From the IMG/VR virus record IMGVR_UViG_3300020577_007794: a stretch of 64,000 nucleotides of DNA; one strand, written 5' to 3'. Positions within the stretch are counted from its first letter, which is position 1. The number at the start of each line of letters is the position of its first letter. The translations under genes were made by a program, and so were the position numbers. Under the pieces are notes generated by a model. That model searched no databases. It worked only from the letters and a program-made list of their open reading frames with translations, and was not told where the DNA came from. The DNA comes from a virus (Duplodnaviria; Caudoviricetes). Below, in pieces: positions 38,958-48,787 of the stretch.

Positions 38958-39800
38958 ATGGCGATCACTGTAGATAAAATACTTCATGCCCTTGCAGCCA
39001 ATAGTTCTAGATTGGTTATTGATAAGGCGTCAATAGCGTCACAAACAGCGGGGTCATACTGCTCTATGTGGAGAGGTACCGGTCAACCTGCGCAGGGGGC
39101 GATACCTACTACTGCAGCTACTTGTAATGAAACTACAGTAGGTGGATTTTCAATTACTCAGCAAACTTCTCCTGTGAAAAGTTACATAGGTTACGCAGAG
39201 TGGTCCTGCAGCAACTCTTCCATGACCTTAGAGTTTCATGATAGACTAGCTCATATGGGTGGTTTATCAGGTATTGTCACCACCGCCCAAACAGTTAACG
39301 TTGACTTAGATGCTCTTTTAGCTACAGATAATATTTCTGGTAGGATAGGAGACAGTGATTATTCTGACGTTCAGTGGTGGCTTGAGTGGTACACAGCAAC
39401 TGGATCTACAGCAGTTACAGCTACTGTTAACGTAACATATTCTGATGGCAGCACTGGCAACTTATCAGCAGTATCTCTTGCAGCTTCAAGGCCCGCATCT
39501 CATATGATAAATTTAAACGTATACAGACCTGCTGCTGTCACTGCTTTTATAAGAGATGTCAACTCAGTCACACTATCTGCAACCACAGGTACCGCAGGAA
39601 ACTTTGGCGTTACGGCTACTAGATTGAGAAGCAGTATTTTTGCCCCGCTTGCTAACGCAAAATATAGTGGTAACTGGGCGGAGTTACCTATTGGTGAAAT
39701 TCCGCAAAAAGCTTGTCTGTCGCTTCTTATATTAACATCTACTACATCCACCGGTACAGTTAGGGGTGGAGGTAAAATTATGCATCTCGATCCTAGCTAG
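38958..39800 (+). CDS. putative virion structural protein
   Basis: 280 aa, T/S/A-rich beta protein; context. Confidence 0.6.
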   Translation: MAITVDKILHALAANSSRLVIDKASIASQTAGSYCSMWRGTGQPAQGAIPTTAATCNETTVGGFSITQQTSPVKSYIGYAEWSCSNSSMTLEFHDRLAHMGGLSGIVTTAQTVNVDLDALLATDNISGRIGDSDYSDVQWWLEWYTATGSTAVTATVNVTYSDGSTGNLSAVSLAASRPASHMINLNVYRPAAVTAFIRDVNSVTLSATTGTAGNFGVTATRLRSSIFAPLANAKYSGNWAELPIGEIPQKACLSLLILTSTTSTGTVRGGGKIMHLDPS

Positions 39801-39816
39801 GTATGTGAATATATAG

Positions 39817-41472
39817 TTGAACTACTTAAATCTACCAACTAAAATTCAAATACCCGTAGGTGGTGTTTGGGATGAACCACTCTCCAGCGATATACTTGCT
39901 GGGGAGTATTTTAGTAGTTTAGCTCCTCCAGTATTTTCAGCCACTGCAGCGGCTACTACTAATGCTGCTACTGGAACCGGCTCAGCAACATTCACAGCCC
40001 CACCAGCAGGTACATTCACTGCCACAGCAGATATAACCAGCACAGCAACAACCGGTGCAGGTTCAGCTACTCGGACTGTTCCTTCATTTACTGCTACAGC
40101 AGCTATAACAAAAACCAATACAACTGTTTCCGCAAGTGGCACAAGAACCACCCCCACTTTTACAGGAAGCATTGCTCTCTCAAAAAGCAATACCACTAGC
40201 ACAGGTTCGGCAACGCACACTGCCCCGGTATTCACTGCTAGTGCCAATATAACTAAATCCAACACAGCCCTTGAGGGGGTTGTAAAGGTCTTCAGTATTG
40301 GTGCAATTCAGTGTACTAAATCCGCCACTACTGGTAGTGGCTCAGCTACACACACTGCCCCCATTTATACTGGTACTTCTGCACCCAGTACAAACAAAGC
40401 TTCTGCATCTCTATCTGGTACCACTGCACCACCAGTTTTCACAACATCGGCTGCTATAACAGCATCTAAAGCTTCAGTAAATATTGCTGCTTCATTTACT
40501 GCACCGCAATTTACTGCCTCTGCTTCAATCACAAAGACTGCCACTACAGTATCAGCTGCGGGCTCTTTCACTGTGCCTGTCTTTACAGGAACCTCCAACC
40601 CTTCCACAAATAAAGCTACAGTAACAGGTACGGCACTAAACACCCCACCAGTTTTTACTGCATCATCAACCCTGACAAAGAGTGCAACAACCAGTGCAGG
40701 GTCTGCAGCGCATACTGCACCTACTTTCTCAGGTAGTGCATCTATAACTGCAAACAAGGCTTCCTCTGAAGGCTCAGGTGTTGGAATCCTTCCAACAAGA
40801 ACAGCTAATGGTGCGGTAACAGCCTCTAACATTGTTGGTGGAGGTTTAGGTGATGGTATTGATCCTGTTTACTCTGGTGCGGCAGCTTCCACCACTTCTA
40901 AGGCTACTGTTGCTGGGGTCGCAGAAAACTCTGGCCCGTTCTTCACCGCAACTGCAGCTATTGTCTGCAACGAATCAGTTGTTGCTGGAAACGGAACACA
41001 TATTACCCCTGTCTATACAGGAAACGCAGAGCTTTCAAAAACTCCGACCATGGCTGCTTCGGCAACACATGTTGCGCCAGTATTTTCTGCATCATCAGAC
41101 TGTTTATCACAAAAAGCAAGTGCATCTCTAGAAGGATCTACTCTACCCCCTATTTGTATAGGTACAGCATCTCTTAGCACTAGTAAAGCAACAGTATTAA
41201 TAGAAGGTACTGTAACTGATCCAGTGTTTGCTGCTGCTGCCGCATGTGTGGTGAGTGACGCAGTTGTAGAAGGAACTGGGCAGGTATCTGCACCTGTTTT
41301 CTCTGCCTCCTCTGCAGTCACAACAACAAAGACAACAATTAGGGCTTCCTCTTCTCCTGAGAAAATTACCCTAGCAGAGTTGAAACCATACGCGTTCTTC
41401 TCTAGGGGACGTAAGAGAAGACGAAGCCATGCACCTCTTGTTGTCCCATTCAAAACCGGTAGATATAGATGA
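39817..41472 (+). CDS. Thr/Ser/Ala-rich 24-aa repeat protein
   Basis: About 20 repeats of xPVFTAxAxxTxxKATxxGxATxT; basic C-tail; TTG start uncertain. Confidence 0.8.
   Translation: MNYLNLPTKIQIPVGGVWDEPLSSDILAGEYFSSLAPPVFSATAAATTNAATGTGSATFTAPPAGTFTATADITSTATTGAGSATRTVPSFTATAAITKTNTTVSASGTRTTPTFTGSIALSKSNTTSTGSATHTAPVFTASANITKSNTALEGVVKVFSIGAIQCTKSATTGSGSATHTAPIYTGTSAPSTNKASASLSGTTAPPVFTTSAAITASKASVNIAASFTAPQFTASASITKTATTVSAAGSFTVPVFTGTSNPSTNKATVTGTALNTPPVFTASSTLTKSATTSAGSAAHTAPTFSGSASITANKASSEGSGVGILPTRTANGAVTASNIVGGGLGDGIDPVYSGAAASTTSKATVAGVAENSGPFFTATAAIVCNESVVAGNGTHITPVYTGNAELSKTPTMAASATHVAPVFSASSDCLSQKASASLEGSTLPPICIGTASLSTSKATVLIEGTVTDPVFAAAAACVVSDAVVEGTGQVSAPVFSASSAVTTTKTTIRASSSPEKITLAELKPYAFFSRGRKRRRSHAPLVVPFKTGRYR
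39920..41350 (+). repeat. degenerate ~72-bp coding tandem repeat
   Basis: P-[VTI]-[FY]-[TS] recurs about every 24 residues. Confidence 0.8.
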
Positions 41473-42824
41473 GTACTCCAGCAAAATGGATTCCTAGATG
41501 GATGGCCAGTGCCACGGTCCCAGTGTATTCAACAATAGAAGTAAGCGGTAGCCTTGTTACTTCTGGAAGTTTGGATAGATGGTACACAGGGATGATATCC
41601 CAACATGAGCACGAATTACATGAATGGGCTGGAAAGTTTGCACTCACTACTTTCTACTCCAGCACAGCCCTTCCAAGAAAAGGGGTTTCTATAACCCGTC
41701 CTCTTGGATTCAATAATATCCAGGTAGAAATAACACAGGATAATGCAGACCATGTTGTTGACGGGCTTCTTTTTGCTGGGGATGAATACAGTTATCTTTA
41801 CCAGACAGTTGATCCCGTAGTTTTAGTTAGAGATCATAATATTTCTCTTAGAAACTGTGCGTTGGTTGAATTTGTAGTCTATGTTTCTACAGGATTAACT
41901 TACGATCTATCCTCTATATCTAAGTTTTCTGACAAAGTTCCTGATGCCCCTATTTATGCAGCAGACTACTTTGGTGATATTTTCTGCTATGAATCGGATC
42001 AAGTAATAGCTGCATCTGGTGTCATATCATTTCCCACGATTGGTGCTTACTCAATTAGATTTGAGCATCAACCCCTATTTCAAAAAATTCTATCAGGCGG
42101 GTTGATAACAATAAATGGTAGAACACCAAAACCTGAGTTAGAATTTTATAATAACGTAGTGGATAGATATGCCTTTCTTCTAGGACTAAAAAGAAAAGAA
42201 GATGAAGATGATCTCTCCTTAAGATCCAGATGCCAAAATTATTCTCTTAGTAGGACACAGGCCCAATCTATAAGTGCTGGATTAGGTTTTTCTAAACCCT
42301 TTATATGGGATACAGGATTTGATCTTACTATACCTGCCAGTGGTTCTGCCCCACCAAATATACCAGCCCTAGGGAAGTATGTCAAAGCTGTGGAATCTGC
42401 TGCTGTTGATTCTGGGAGAATTACACTAAACAATTTTCCACTAGGAGCTGTCACCCTTAGGTTAGACGGACAAATTGTGGAGCCGGAAACCTATTCTGTC
42501 AGTGGTAATATTATCACAGTAAACTCAGGGTTAATTAAAACCTTAATTGATAATGGCTCTATTAGTGAAAGAGTTACAATTGAATACAGAACACAACAAT
42601 TGACCACCATTACCTCAACCAGCAGTGGTGGTGCTGTGTTCTTCGATGTTCCTAAAGTCACTGGACAGAAGCTAGTAATGGGAACTATTCCCACAAATGT
42701 AGAAATCGAAGAGCTTGTTCAGACCGACATTGAATTTAGATGGGGTCGTGGTATCAGATCTAATGCAGGTTTAGGGACTTTTGGCGGATACTATTCCGAA
42801 GATAATTCACTTTTCTACAAATAA
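41469..42824 (+). CDS. baseplate protein, paralogue of 33667..35094
   Basis: VDRYAFLLGLKRKEDEDDLSLRSR; N-terminal PRW; C-terminal FRW...F. Confidence 0.6.
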   Translation: MSTPAKWIPRWMASATVPVYSTIEVSGSLVTSGSLDRWYTGMISQHEHELHEWAGKFALTTFYSSTALPRKGVSITRPLGFNNIQVEITQDNADHVVDGLLFAGDEYSYLYQTVDPVVLVRDHNISLRNCALVEFVVYVSTGLTYDLSSISKFSDKVPDAPIYAADYFGDIFCYESDQVIAASGVISFPTIGAYSIRFEHQPLFQKILSGGLITINGRTPKPELEFYNNVVDRYAFLLGLKRKEDEDDLSLRSRCQNYSLSRTQAQSISAGLGFSKPFIWDTGFDLTIPASGSAPPNIPALGKYVKAVESAAVDSGRITLNNFPLGAVTLRLDGQIVEPETYSVSGNIITVNSGLIKTLIDNGSISERVTIEYRTQQLTTITSTSSGGAVFFDVPKVTGQKLVMGTIPTNVEIEELVQTDIEFRWGRGIRSNAGLGTFGGYYSEDNSLFYK

Positions 42825-44507
42825 ATGGCAACGACAACTTACACAAACTGGCTAGAGCTAACAGGCTACCCTTCTGCGGGGATTGGTGATCTAGAAGATC
42901 TCAAGCTCGTTATCGGTGTAGGTGACAATGGTGGGTGGATTGGTTATGTTAAACCAGGTTGGTACTACTCATCAGGCTTAGAGCACTATAATTACATACA
43001 AAAAAGTACAGTTCAGGCAACCATCGCAGCTGCATCAGGAAGCATATCCGCATCCTCCTTCAGACCTGCATGGGGGCCTGTTCTAGTTTATGACGAAAAC
43101 GGTACCAACTATGTTGAGCATCATAACTGTTTTCTACCAGCAATGCCCCTAACTTGGGCTCAAGCAGCTCCACAAGTTTATTCTGCCTCTCTCCCAACTA
43201 GCGGTATTCTTCTAGGGATGAGGGGCAACGGTCAACTAACATTTAGTAGGGCAGCTTCTTCAGGAGATTTATCCGCAGGTAGGCTTTATTACCACGATAA
43301 AGATCTTAATAAAGTCTATACTTACTCAACCTCCGCTAGTGCTATAACTGCATATGCTGATATAGCAATGCTTCATCCCGTCCTAAAGTTCCGAGAAATC
43401 GTAACACAAGAGGCTGGTGGTGTTGTTAAGGCTTCTTATAGGAATATAAGAAATGTAGTTGTGACTAAGGGAACCCAATCTCAAACTATTGGAACTGTTG
43501 ACGACAACGTTATAACACACAGTTTAACAGTTTCCGAAGGTGATTGGGTTGTCCTGGAATACTACATAGATAAAAGTTTTGTCTTATACGATCATGATAG
43601 AATCCATGCTTATACAAAAGCTGGGTCTGGTGCGACACTTACAGTACATAGTGAGGGAACTCCACCTGAGTATCTCAAAAAAGCTTATCAATCTTCTCCA
43701 AACGATGGTCAACAATTACAGTTCAATCCACTCTTTTCTGATGCATTCAGGGCTGGATTCCTTTACCACTCAGAAACAGCTTCATCTGGAAGTCCACATA
43801 GAGTTTCGTTAGTCTTTGATAAACGAGAAGTGGTTGGTGGTTGGAAGGAGATCGTAAAGACAACTATTGTTGTTACCGACCAAACTGGACTTCCACTTCC
43901 ACAAACTAGCCTAGTCTTCACACATAATCAAGCACCCTCTGGTCTCCTTTTATCGGTACCAGCAACTCTTGCCAGTACTGGAAGTGTTTATACTTTAAGG
44001 ACAGACAATAGGGGTGAGGTAAACCTGCTTATCTACCCAACCACTTCTGTCTCTGGAAATCTACAACTCCGGGTAGATTGTGGAACCTTAACAAGCAGCG
44101 GTAGTGTTAGAATTCTCAATACAACTCAAGCACTGTCTTTTGATAAATACTCTGCTGGTGTTATAAATGTAGCGCAGTCAAATGCATTTACACCAAAAGG
44201 ATACTCACGATTGTATGCATCCCCCCACTACTTAGACGGAATTCCAAGAAATGCAGCAAGTGGCATTACGTTTATTAGTAGAAAACCATCCTCTTTCCAG
44301 TACACAAACACGTCAAACGAAGAGGCCACTTCTATTAGATCAGCCACAGCAAGGTGTGTTGACAGTACTGGACCATCTTCTCTCAATCCTAGCAGAGTAG
44401 TTGGTCTGGATGAGTATCTTGGAATTATTGTTGCAGACACTGATGAACTAGCTGCTAAGGCAGACTCCGGTCAATCTCCTATCGTTATAGTTAGGGAGGA
44501 ACCATAA
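42825..44507 (+). CDS. baseplate/tail structural protein with Ig-like C-terminal region
   Basis: GIGDLEDL motif; VVTDQTGLPLP...TDNRGEV Ig-like pattern. Confidence 0.55.
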   Translation: MATTTYTNWLELTGYPSAGIGDLEDLKLVIGVGDNGGWIGYVKPGWYYSSGLEHYNYIQKSTVQATIAAASGSISASSFRPAWGPVLVYDENGTNYVEHHNCFLPAMPLTWAQAAPQVYSASLPTSGILLGMRGNGQLTFSRAASSGDLSAGRLYYHDKDLNKVYTYSTSASAITAYADIAMLHPVLKFREIVTQEAGGVVKASYRNIRNVVVTKGTQSQTIGTVDDNVITHSLTVSEGDWVVLEYYIDKSFVLYDHDRIHAYTKAGSGATLTVHSEGTPPEYLKKAYQSSPNDGQQLQFNPLFSDAFRAGFLYHSETASSGSPHRVSLVFDKREVVGGWKEIVKTTIVVTDQTGLPLPQTSLVFTHNQAPSGLLLSVPATLASTGSVYTLRTDNRGEVNLLIYPTTSVSGNLQLRVDCGTLTSSGSVRILNTTQALSFDKYSAGVINVAQSNAFTPKGYSRLYASPHYLDGIPRNAASGITFISRKPSSFQYTNTSNEEATSIRSATARCVDSTGPSSLNPSRVVGLDEYLGIIVADTDELAAKADSGQSPIVIVREEP

Positions 44508-46063
44508 TGCAGAATCAGTTAAATTTACGGTTCGGACCAGCACCACAAAATAAAGGCCAAGCAGTGGGAATAGCATTTGTTGCATCATCAATGATGCAGC
44601 CTGATCTTAGTGTGTCAGCCTTTGATACATATAAGTTCGCCAAAGAGAATGCTCCGCAATTAAGAGACTACATCTTCCACCCAAACTCCTTCAGCACAGA
44701 GTTCAAACTTAGACATGTGTATGGTGGAACCTCTCTTTTTAGTCAAGTTCCCCCAGCTAGTGGTGGATGGTCTATTTACGATTCATCAAAAACAGTAGAC
44801 CTAACTGATAATAATTACTCCCTGCCTTTTGTTAACTCACCAATCAAATCCCTTGGTATAAGACAAACAAGATCGTCTTCCTGGGGGCTAGAAGTAACTT
44901 CTGGTGTTATATTTAGATCGTACACAATACCTTCTTACGAGCAATCAGATGCGTGGTTTCTGTCTGGTGCTTTATCCGGTATTTTAGAAGTTGGTTCTAC
45001 CTGTGTTCTTGTATATACTGTTCCAGAATGTTTTTATGGAACATTGGAAGATAGTGTTGAAGGTGTTTACCCTGGCTCAGGATTTAAACTTAGAGCTGTT
45101 GTAGAAACAGCACACGCTGCTGGACCAAACAGAATCACATTCTCCGATAGTCTGCATTCTTTGAAGAGGATTACAGTTAACGGTATTGATAAATACACAG
45201 GCAATTTTACAGAAGATTCCTCAGCAACTGGTGTTATCAAAGAGGTTAACAGAGCATCAAAGTATATTGATGTTCGCTTCAGCCTCGCGCCAGGGGATGA
45301 AATAGAACTAGAATATACTATCTTCGCACAAAAATTCACATATCTAGGTTACCGAGATAGGAACAATGTCTACTACCCGTTCGATGCTAACCCTGAATAT
45401 GGACATGTTATAGGTGACTCAAGATACGGTGCTATAAGATCTTCAGCAGATTGCCTCCTAGAACAAGTAACTGTATACGCAATACCTTCCGCTGTAGGTG
45501 TTTACAGCATTGTTAAAGGCTCCCCTGATGAAATAGTTTTAACCTTCTACAGTGCTTACGATTATGGGGAGACTCATTTTATACGACACTGTGTAGGGGA
45601 GAACATCGAGGATATCGTCCCCAGAGTTTCAGAAGGACCATCTAATACATATGGATTCTCTGTCTTTGGAAGAAACTACTATGATGAAGCAGGGGTACCC
45701 AAGAGAGATATTTTCTCTACAAGATACCCGTCAATGCTTCCTTTATCCAGGGTTCTTCTAAAAGCACCTGCCTCAGTCAACTCGATAAAGGTTGCAGATG
45801 CTAGAATTAGGGGCGGAGGTATTCCAGAAGACTTCGATTTTGATCTCCTAGTATCTGAACCAAATGCACTAAATACTCTTAGAGGCTACTTCGATCTAGG
45901 CAACTGGGACGGTAAAGCGGCTCAAGTTGGTGGTGCAATAACAATACGAGTCAATAAATCTGTTCTTGTTGCAGAAGGCGGTAAGTACACAGTTGAGGAT
46001 GTCAAAGAAATAGTTGAAAATAGAATACCACCAGGTGTGTACTATAAACTGGAGTTTGTATAA
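44507..46063 (+). CDS. baseplate structural protein
   Basis: C-terminal DARIRGGG...DLGNWDG...IPPGVYY; context. Confidence 0.55.
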   Translation: MQNQLNLRFGPAPQNKGQAVGIAFVASSMMQPDLSVSAFDTYKFAKENAPQLRDYIFHPNSFSTEFKLRHVYGGTSLFSQVPPASGGWSIYDSSKTVDLTDNNYSLPFVNSPIKSLGIRQTRSSSWGLEVTSGVIFRSYTIPSYEQSDAWFLSGALSGILEVGSTCVLVYTVPECFYGTLEDSVEGVYPGSGFKLRAVVETAHAAGPNRITFSDSLHSLKRITVNGIDKYTGNFTEDSSATGVIKEVNRASKYIDVRFSLAPGDEIELEYTIFAQKFTYLGYRDRNNVYYPFDANPEYGHVIGDSRYGAIRSSADCLLEQVTVYAIPSAVGVYSIVKGSPDEIVLTFYSAYDYGETHFIRHCVGENIEDIVPRVSEGPSNTYGFSVFGRNYYDEAGVPKRDIFSTRYPSMLPLSRVLLKAPASVNSIKVADARIRGGGIPEDFDFDLLVSEPNALNTLRGYFDLGNWDGKAAQVGGAITIRVNKSVLVAEGGKYTVEDVKEIVENRIPPGVYYKLEFV

Positions 46064-46758
46064 TGGCGTTTAATGATACGATAAGATGGCCAGAAAAACT
46101 GGACGTTGACTTCCCTAATCTAAGGAACAACGATAGTGCGGCTGTTTCTGATAATGAAAAGCTGTATGCGGCACACTATAATAAGGTACGAAATCTAGTT
46201 ATCAAAGCCTATGATTTGATGCAGAATACAATATCCGCATCTGGTGACGGCTCTATACAAAAGATCAGTATTCCGGTTGTATTCGATATCCCGCTTCATA
46301 CTTTAGTTAAAGTAGGCGCATTCGATGCTGCAACAAATCCACAAATCTCTGTTCCAGGGAATGTTCTACCTTTTGAATTTGTTTTGACATCATCGTCTGA
46401 TGATTATTCAAAGTTGATTGGAAGGGGTGGTGTGGCCTTACTAAATAAGAAAATTCCAACTGCTTTGTTAACACAGTTTGGTGGCATATCTATTATCAAC
46501 CCTAAACTTCATGGAACAGGATTCCTAACCGGACCTTCAGACAAAGTATTTGACAGAACAAAACCATTTCCCAACTCCTACGCAGTATCAGTAAATGCAA
46601 ACATAGGGGCAGACACAATACTTATAAGGGGAGTAATCATAGACAGTAAATTAGATTCTGTTCAATCCGCAAATGGTTTAGGCCCCCAATTCTGGCTTCT
46701 CCCTACAAACCAACAAACAAATTTAAGAATAGCCTTATGTGCGCTATCTCCACAATAA
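46063..46758 (+). CDS. tail fibre-associated protein
   Basis: AAHYNKVRNLV motif similar to the next two genes. Confidence 0.5.
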   Translation: MAFNDTIRWPEKLDVDFPNLRNNDSAAVSDNEKLYAAHYNKVRNLVIKAYDLMQNTISASGDGSIQKISIPVVFDIPLHTLVKVGAFDAATNPQISVPGNVLPFEFVLTSSSDDYSKLIGRGGVALLNKKIPTALLTQFGGISIINPKLHGTGFLTGPSDKVFDRTKPFPNSYAVSVNANIGADTILIRGVIIDSKLDSVQSANGLGPQFWLLPTNQQTNLRIALCALSPQ

Positions 46759-46762
46759 ATAA

Positions 46763-48787
46763 ATGAGCGATCTTCAACTGACACCTCAATATGCATCTAA
46801 GACATCTGGTTCTAATACTTGGAGCCTTAGTGGTGATATCACAACAACTGGTAACGCCACTATTGCTGATAGTGATGGATCGGTTGGGGAGAAAGTACTA
46901 TTTTTATTCGGACTTCCAGCATCCCTCCCACTAGATGCCGAAGTTAATAGTATAGCTGTTTCCTTAGTAGGAAAATGTTCATCTGGAAGTTTTACCACAG
47001 AAGAGCTTAAAGCTAATCTCGGTCTATATGTAGGAGATACTGACCAACCTTTCTCCATGGGGACGGAGAGAACTCTCTCCCTTACAGGGCATAGCTCTGG
47101 TACCCTAACATTTTCTGCATCAGAATGGGGTAAAGCATTTTGGACAAGAAAGGAACTTCTGTACGGAAATCCAAACCCAATCTTTGGTGTATCTCTAAGA
47201 AGGGTTGGAACTAAGGGTATCGAGATCACCCATCCACAGATAGTAGTTAACTATACGCAGAGCACAACACTAGTTGGTTCTAGAGTTGCTCCCCCATTTA
47301 GTCAAGTACCTCTTAACATACCAGAAAAGTTTGATGGGTCAGGTGAAGAAAATACAGTTAAAAGCGATGAAGTTAATCTCCTTGGAGATGCTCTCTATAA
47401 CATTGAGAAAGCTTCTATTGATACATCTGACTATAACAATGACATCAAATCAGTAGGAAGTTCTGCTGGCATGGATATGATCACAACAACAGTGTTTGTA
47501 TCCGGCACCTTAGGTAGCGTCTACGATTCAGTTTACTACGAAGAAATCAATGATGGGACAGCTACTTCCACTAACAGTCTTGGTGTTAGATCTGCAGCCA
47601 CAGTTATTCCATCCCTCCCACCAGGAAAACAGGTGATCTTTGAGGCTGTGGGCGGTGTAGGCTACATAGTAACCGCAAGTGGTACAGTTTTCCCCTCCCT
47701 CTTTACACCGGGCTGTCTAGCCATTAGGAGAGAGAAGAACGGTAAACACAAACACAGATTCTCGTTTAGGTTAGATTCCTCAACACTAGAAAGAGCTTCG
47801 GAGCCATTATCAAAGGGGCAATACCAAGGTTCTTTTGTTACCCTTTCTAATCCCGTTATATCGGTGTCAAATCAGCTTCAGTACACTGTACCTATTAACT
47901 CACCGGATGGTTCTCCTAACATTGTTGGTATGACCCCAACATATACTTCGTTCAGTGGTTGGTCTAATATTGATCCTCAGCCATTTTACGTTCAAGCATA
48001 CAATGATTCAAACACCCAGCAGACAGTAAGACATCTTGTATTTGCCAGCAAATCAGGGGCTAGTTTGACTAAGGGATACAAATGGGTTGATAATAACACA
48101 AACTACGACACAGTAGAATTTGACATCAACTCATTAGCTACCTATGACTACAATACATCAGGCTCGTACCTAGGTTCGGAAAATTCAAGAAGGCTGTTCA
48201 GGGGTGGTTTCCTGCTAAAGTCTTCTGGAAGTTTTGGAGCGTTAAGTGGTTATGGATTAATGATAACTACCGGTGCCCCGCAAACTACTTCATCTTACTC
48301 TGGTCCAGCAGCAGTAGCCTGGCTGGTTAAGCTGTCTAATTTAGACTTAAGCAACAGATATGATTGGGGTGTATCACTCGCTTCCAACACCTATTACCAA
48401 ACATTTCCATGGCCAGGAAGCAACTCAATGATTACTAATATAGGGTCAACCTATACACCTCTTAGTATAGCTGCTTCTGGTGCGTTCAGATTTACAGCAG
48501 CAGCGAGCGGTTCAGTTACTGTAGTGAAACTGGAATCAATAAACAATATTACGGGTGCGGCTACTGTTCTTTTAAACTACGTAGACAACACTCCATTGAC
48601 TGGAGACAAATCCGGCTTCTTCCAGACAGCACATACCTCTGCAGGTACTACAGAAGAGAAATTGGTTAACGCTACCGCTGGGTTTGACAGAGTAGCCTTT
48701 GGTTTCGCTAACAGCAGCCAAGCGCAGGGAATAATGTTCCAAGCTAGAATTCAAGGAATAGGGAGACTTATAGATGTCGTTATATAG
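46763..48787 (+). CDS. tail fibre/receptor-binding-like protein
   Basis: SDEVNLLGDALYNIEK motif; S/T/G-rich beta domains. Confidence 0.5.
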   Translation: MSDLQLTPQYASKTSGSNTWSLSGDITTTGNATIADSDGSVGEKVLFLFGLPASLPLDAEVNSIAVSLVGKCSSGSFTTEELKANLGLYVGDTDQPFSMGTERTLSLTGHSSGTLTFSASEWGKAFWTRKELLYGNPNPIFGVSLRRVGTKGIEITHPQIVVNYTQSTTLVGSRVAPPFSQVPLNIPEKFDGSGEENTVKSDEVNLLGDALYNIEKASIDTSDYNNDIKSVGSSAGMDMITTTVFVSGTLGSVYDSVYYEEINDGTATSTNSLGVRSAATVIPSLPPGKQVIFEAVGGVGYIVTASGTVFPSLFTPGCLAIRREKNGKHKHRFSFRLDSSTLERASEPLSKGQYQGSFVTLSNPVISVSNQLQYTVPINSPDGSPNIVGMTPTYTSFSGWSNIDPQPFYVQAYNDSNTQQTVRHLVFASKSGASLTKGYKWVDNNTNYDTVEFDINSLATYDYNTSGSYLGSENSRRLFRGGFLLKSSGSFGALSGYGLMITTGAPQTTSSYSGPAAVAWLVKLSNLDLSNRYDWGVSLASNTYYQTFPWPGSNSMITNIGSTYTPLSIAASGAFRFTAAASGSVTVVKLESINNITGAATVLLNYVDNTPLTGDKSGFFQTAHTSAGTTEEKLVNATAGFDRVAFGFANSSQAQGIMFQARIQGIGRLIDVVI

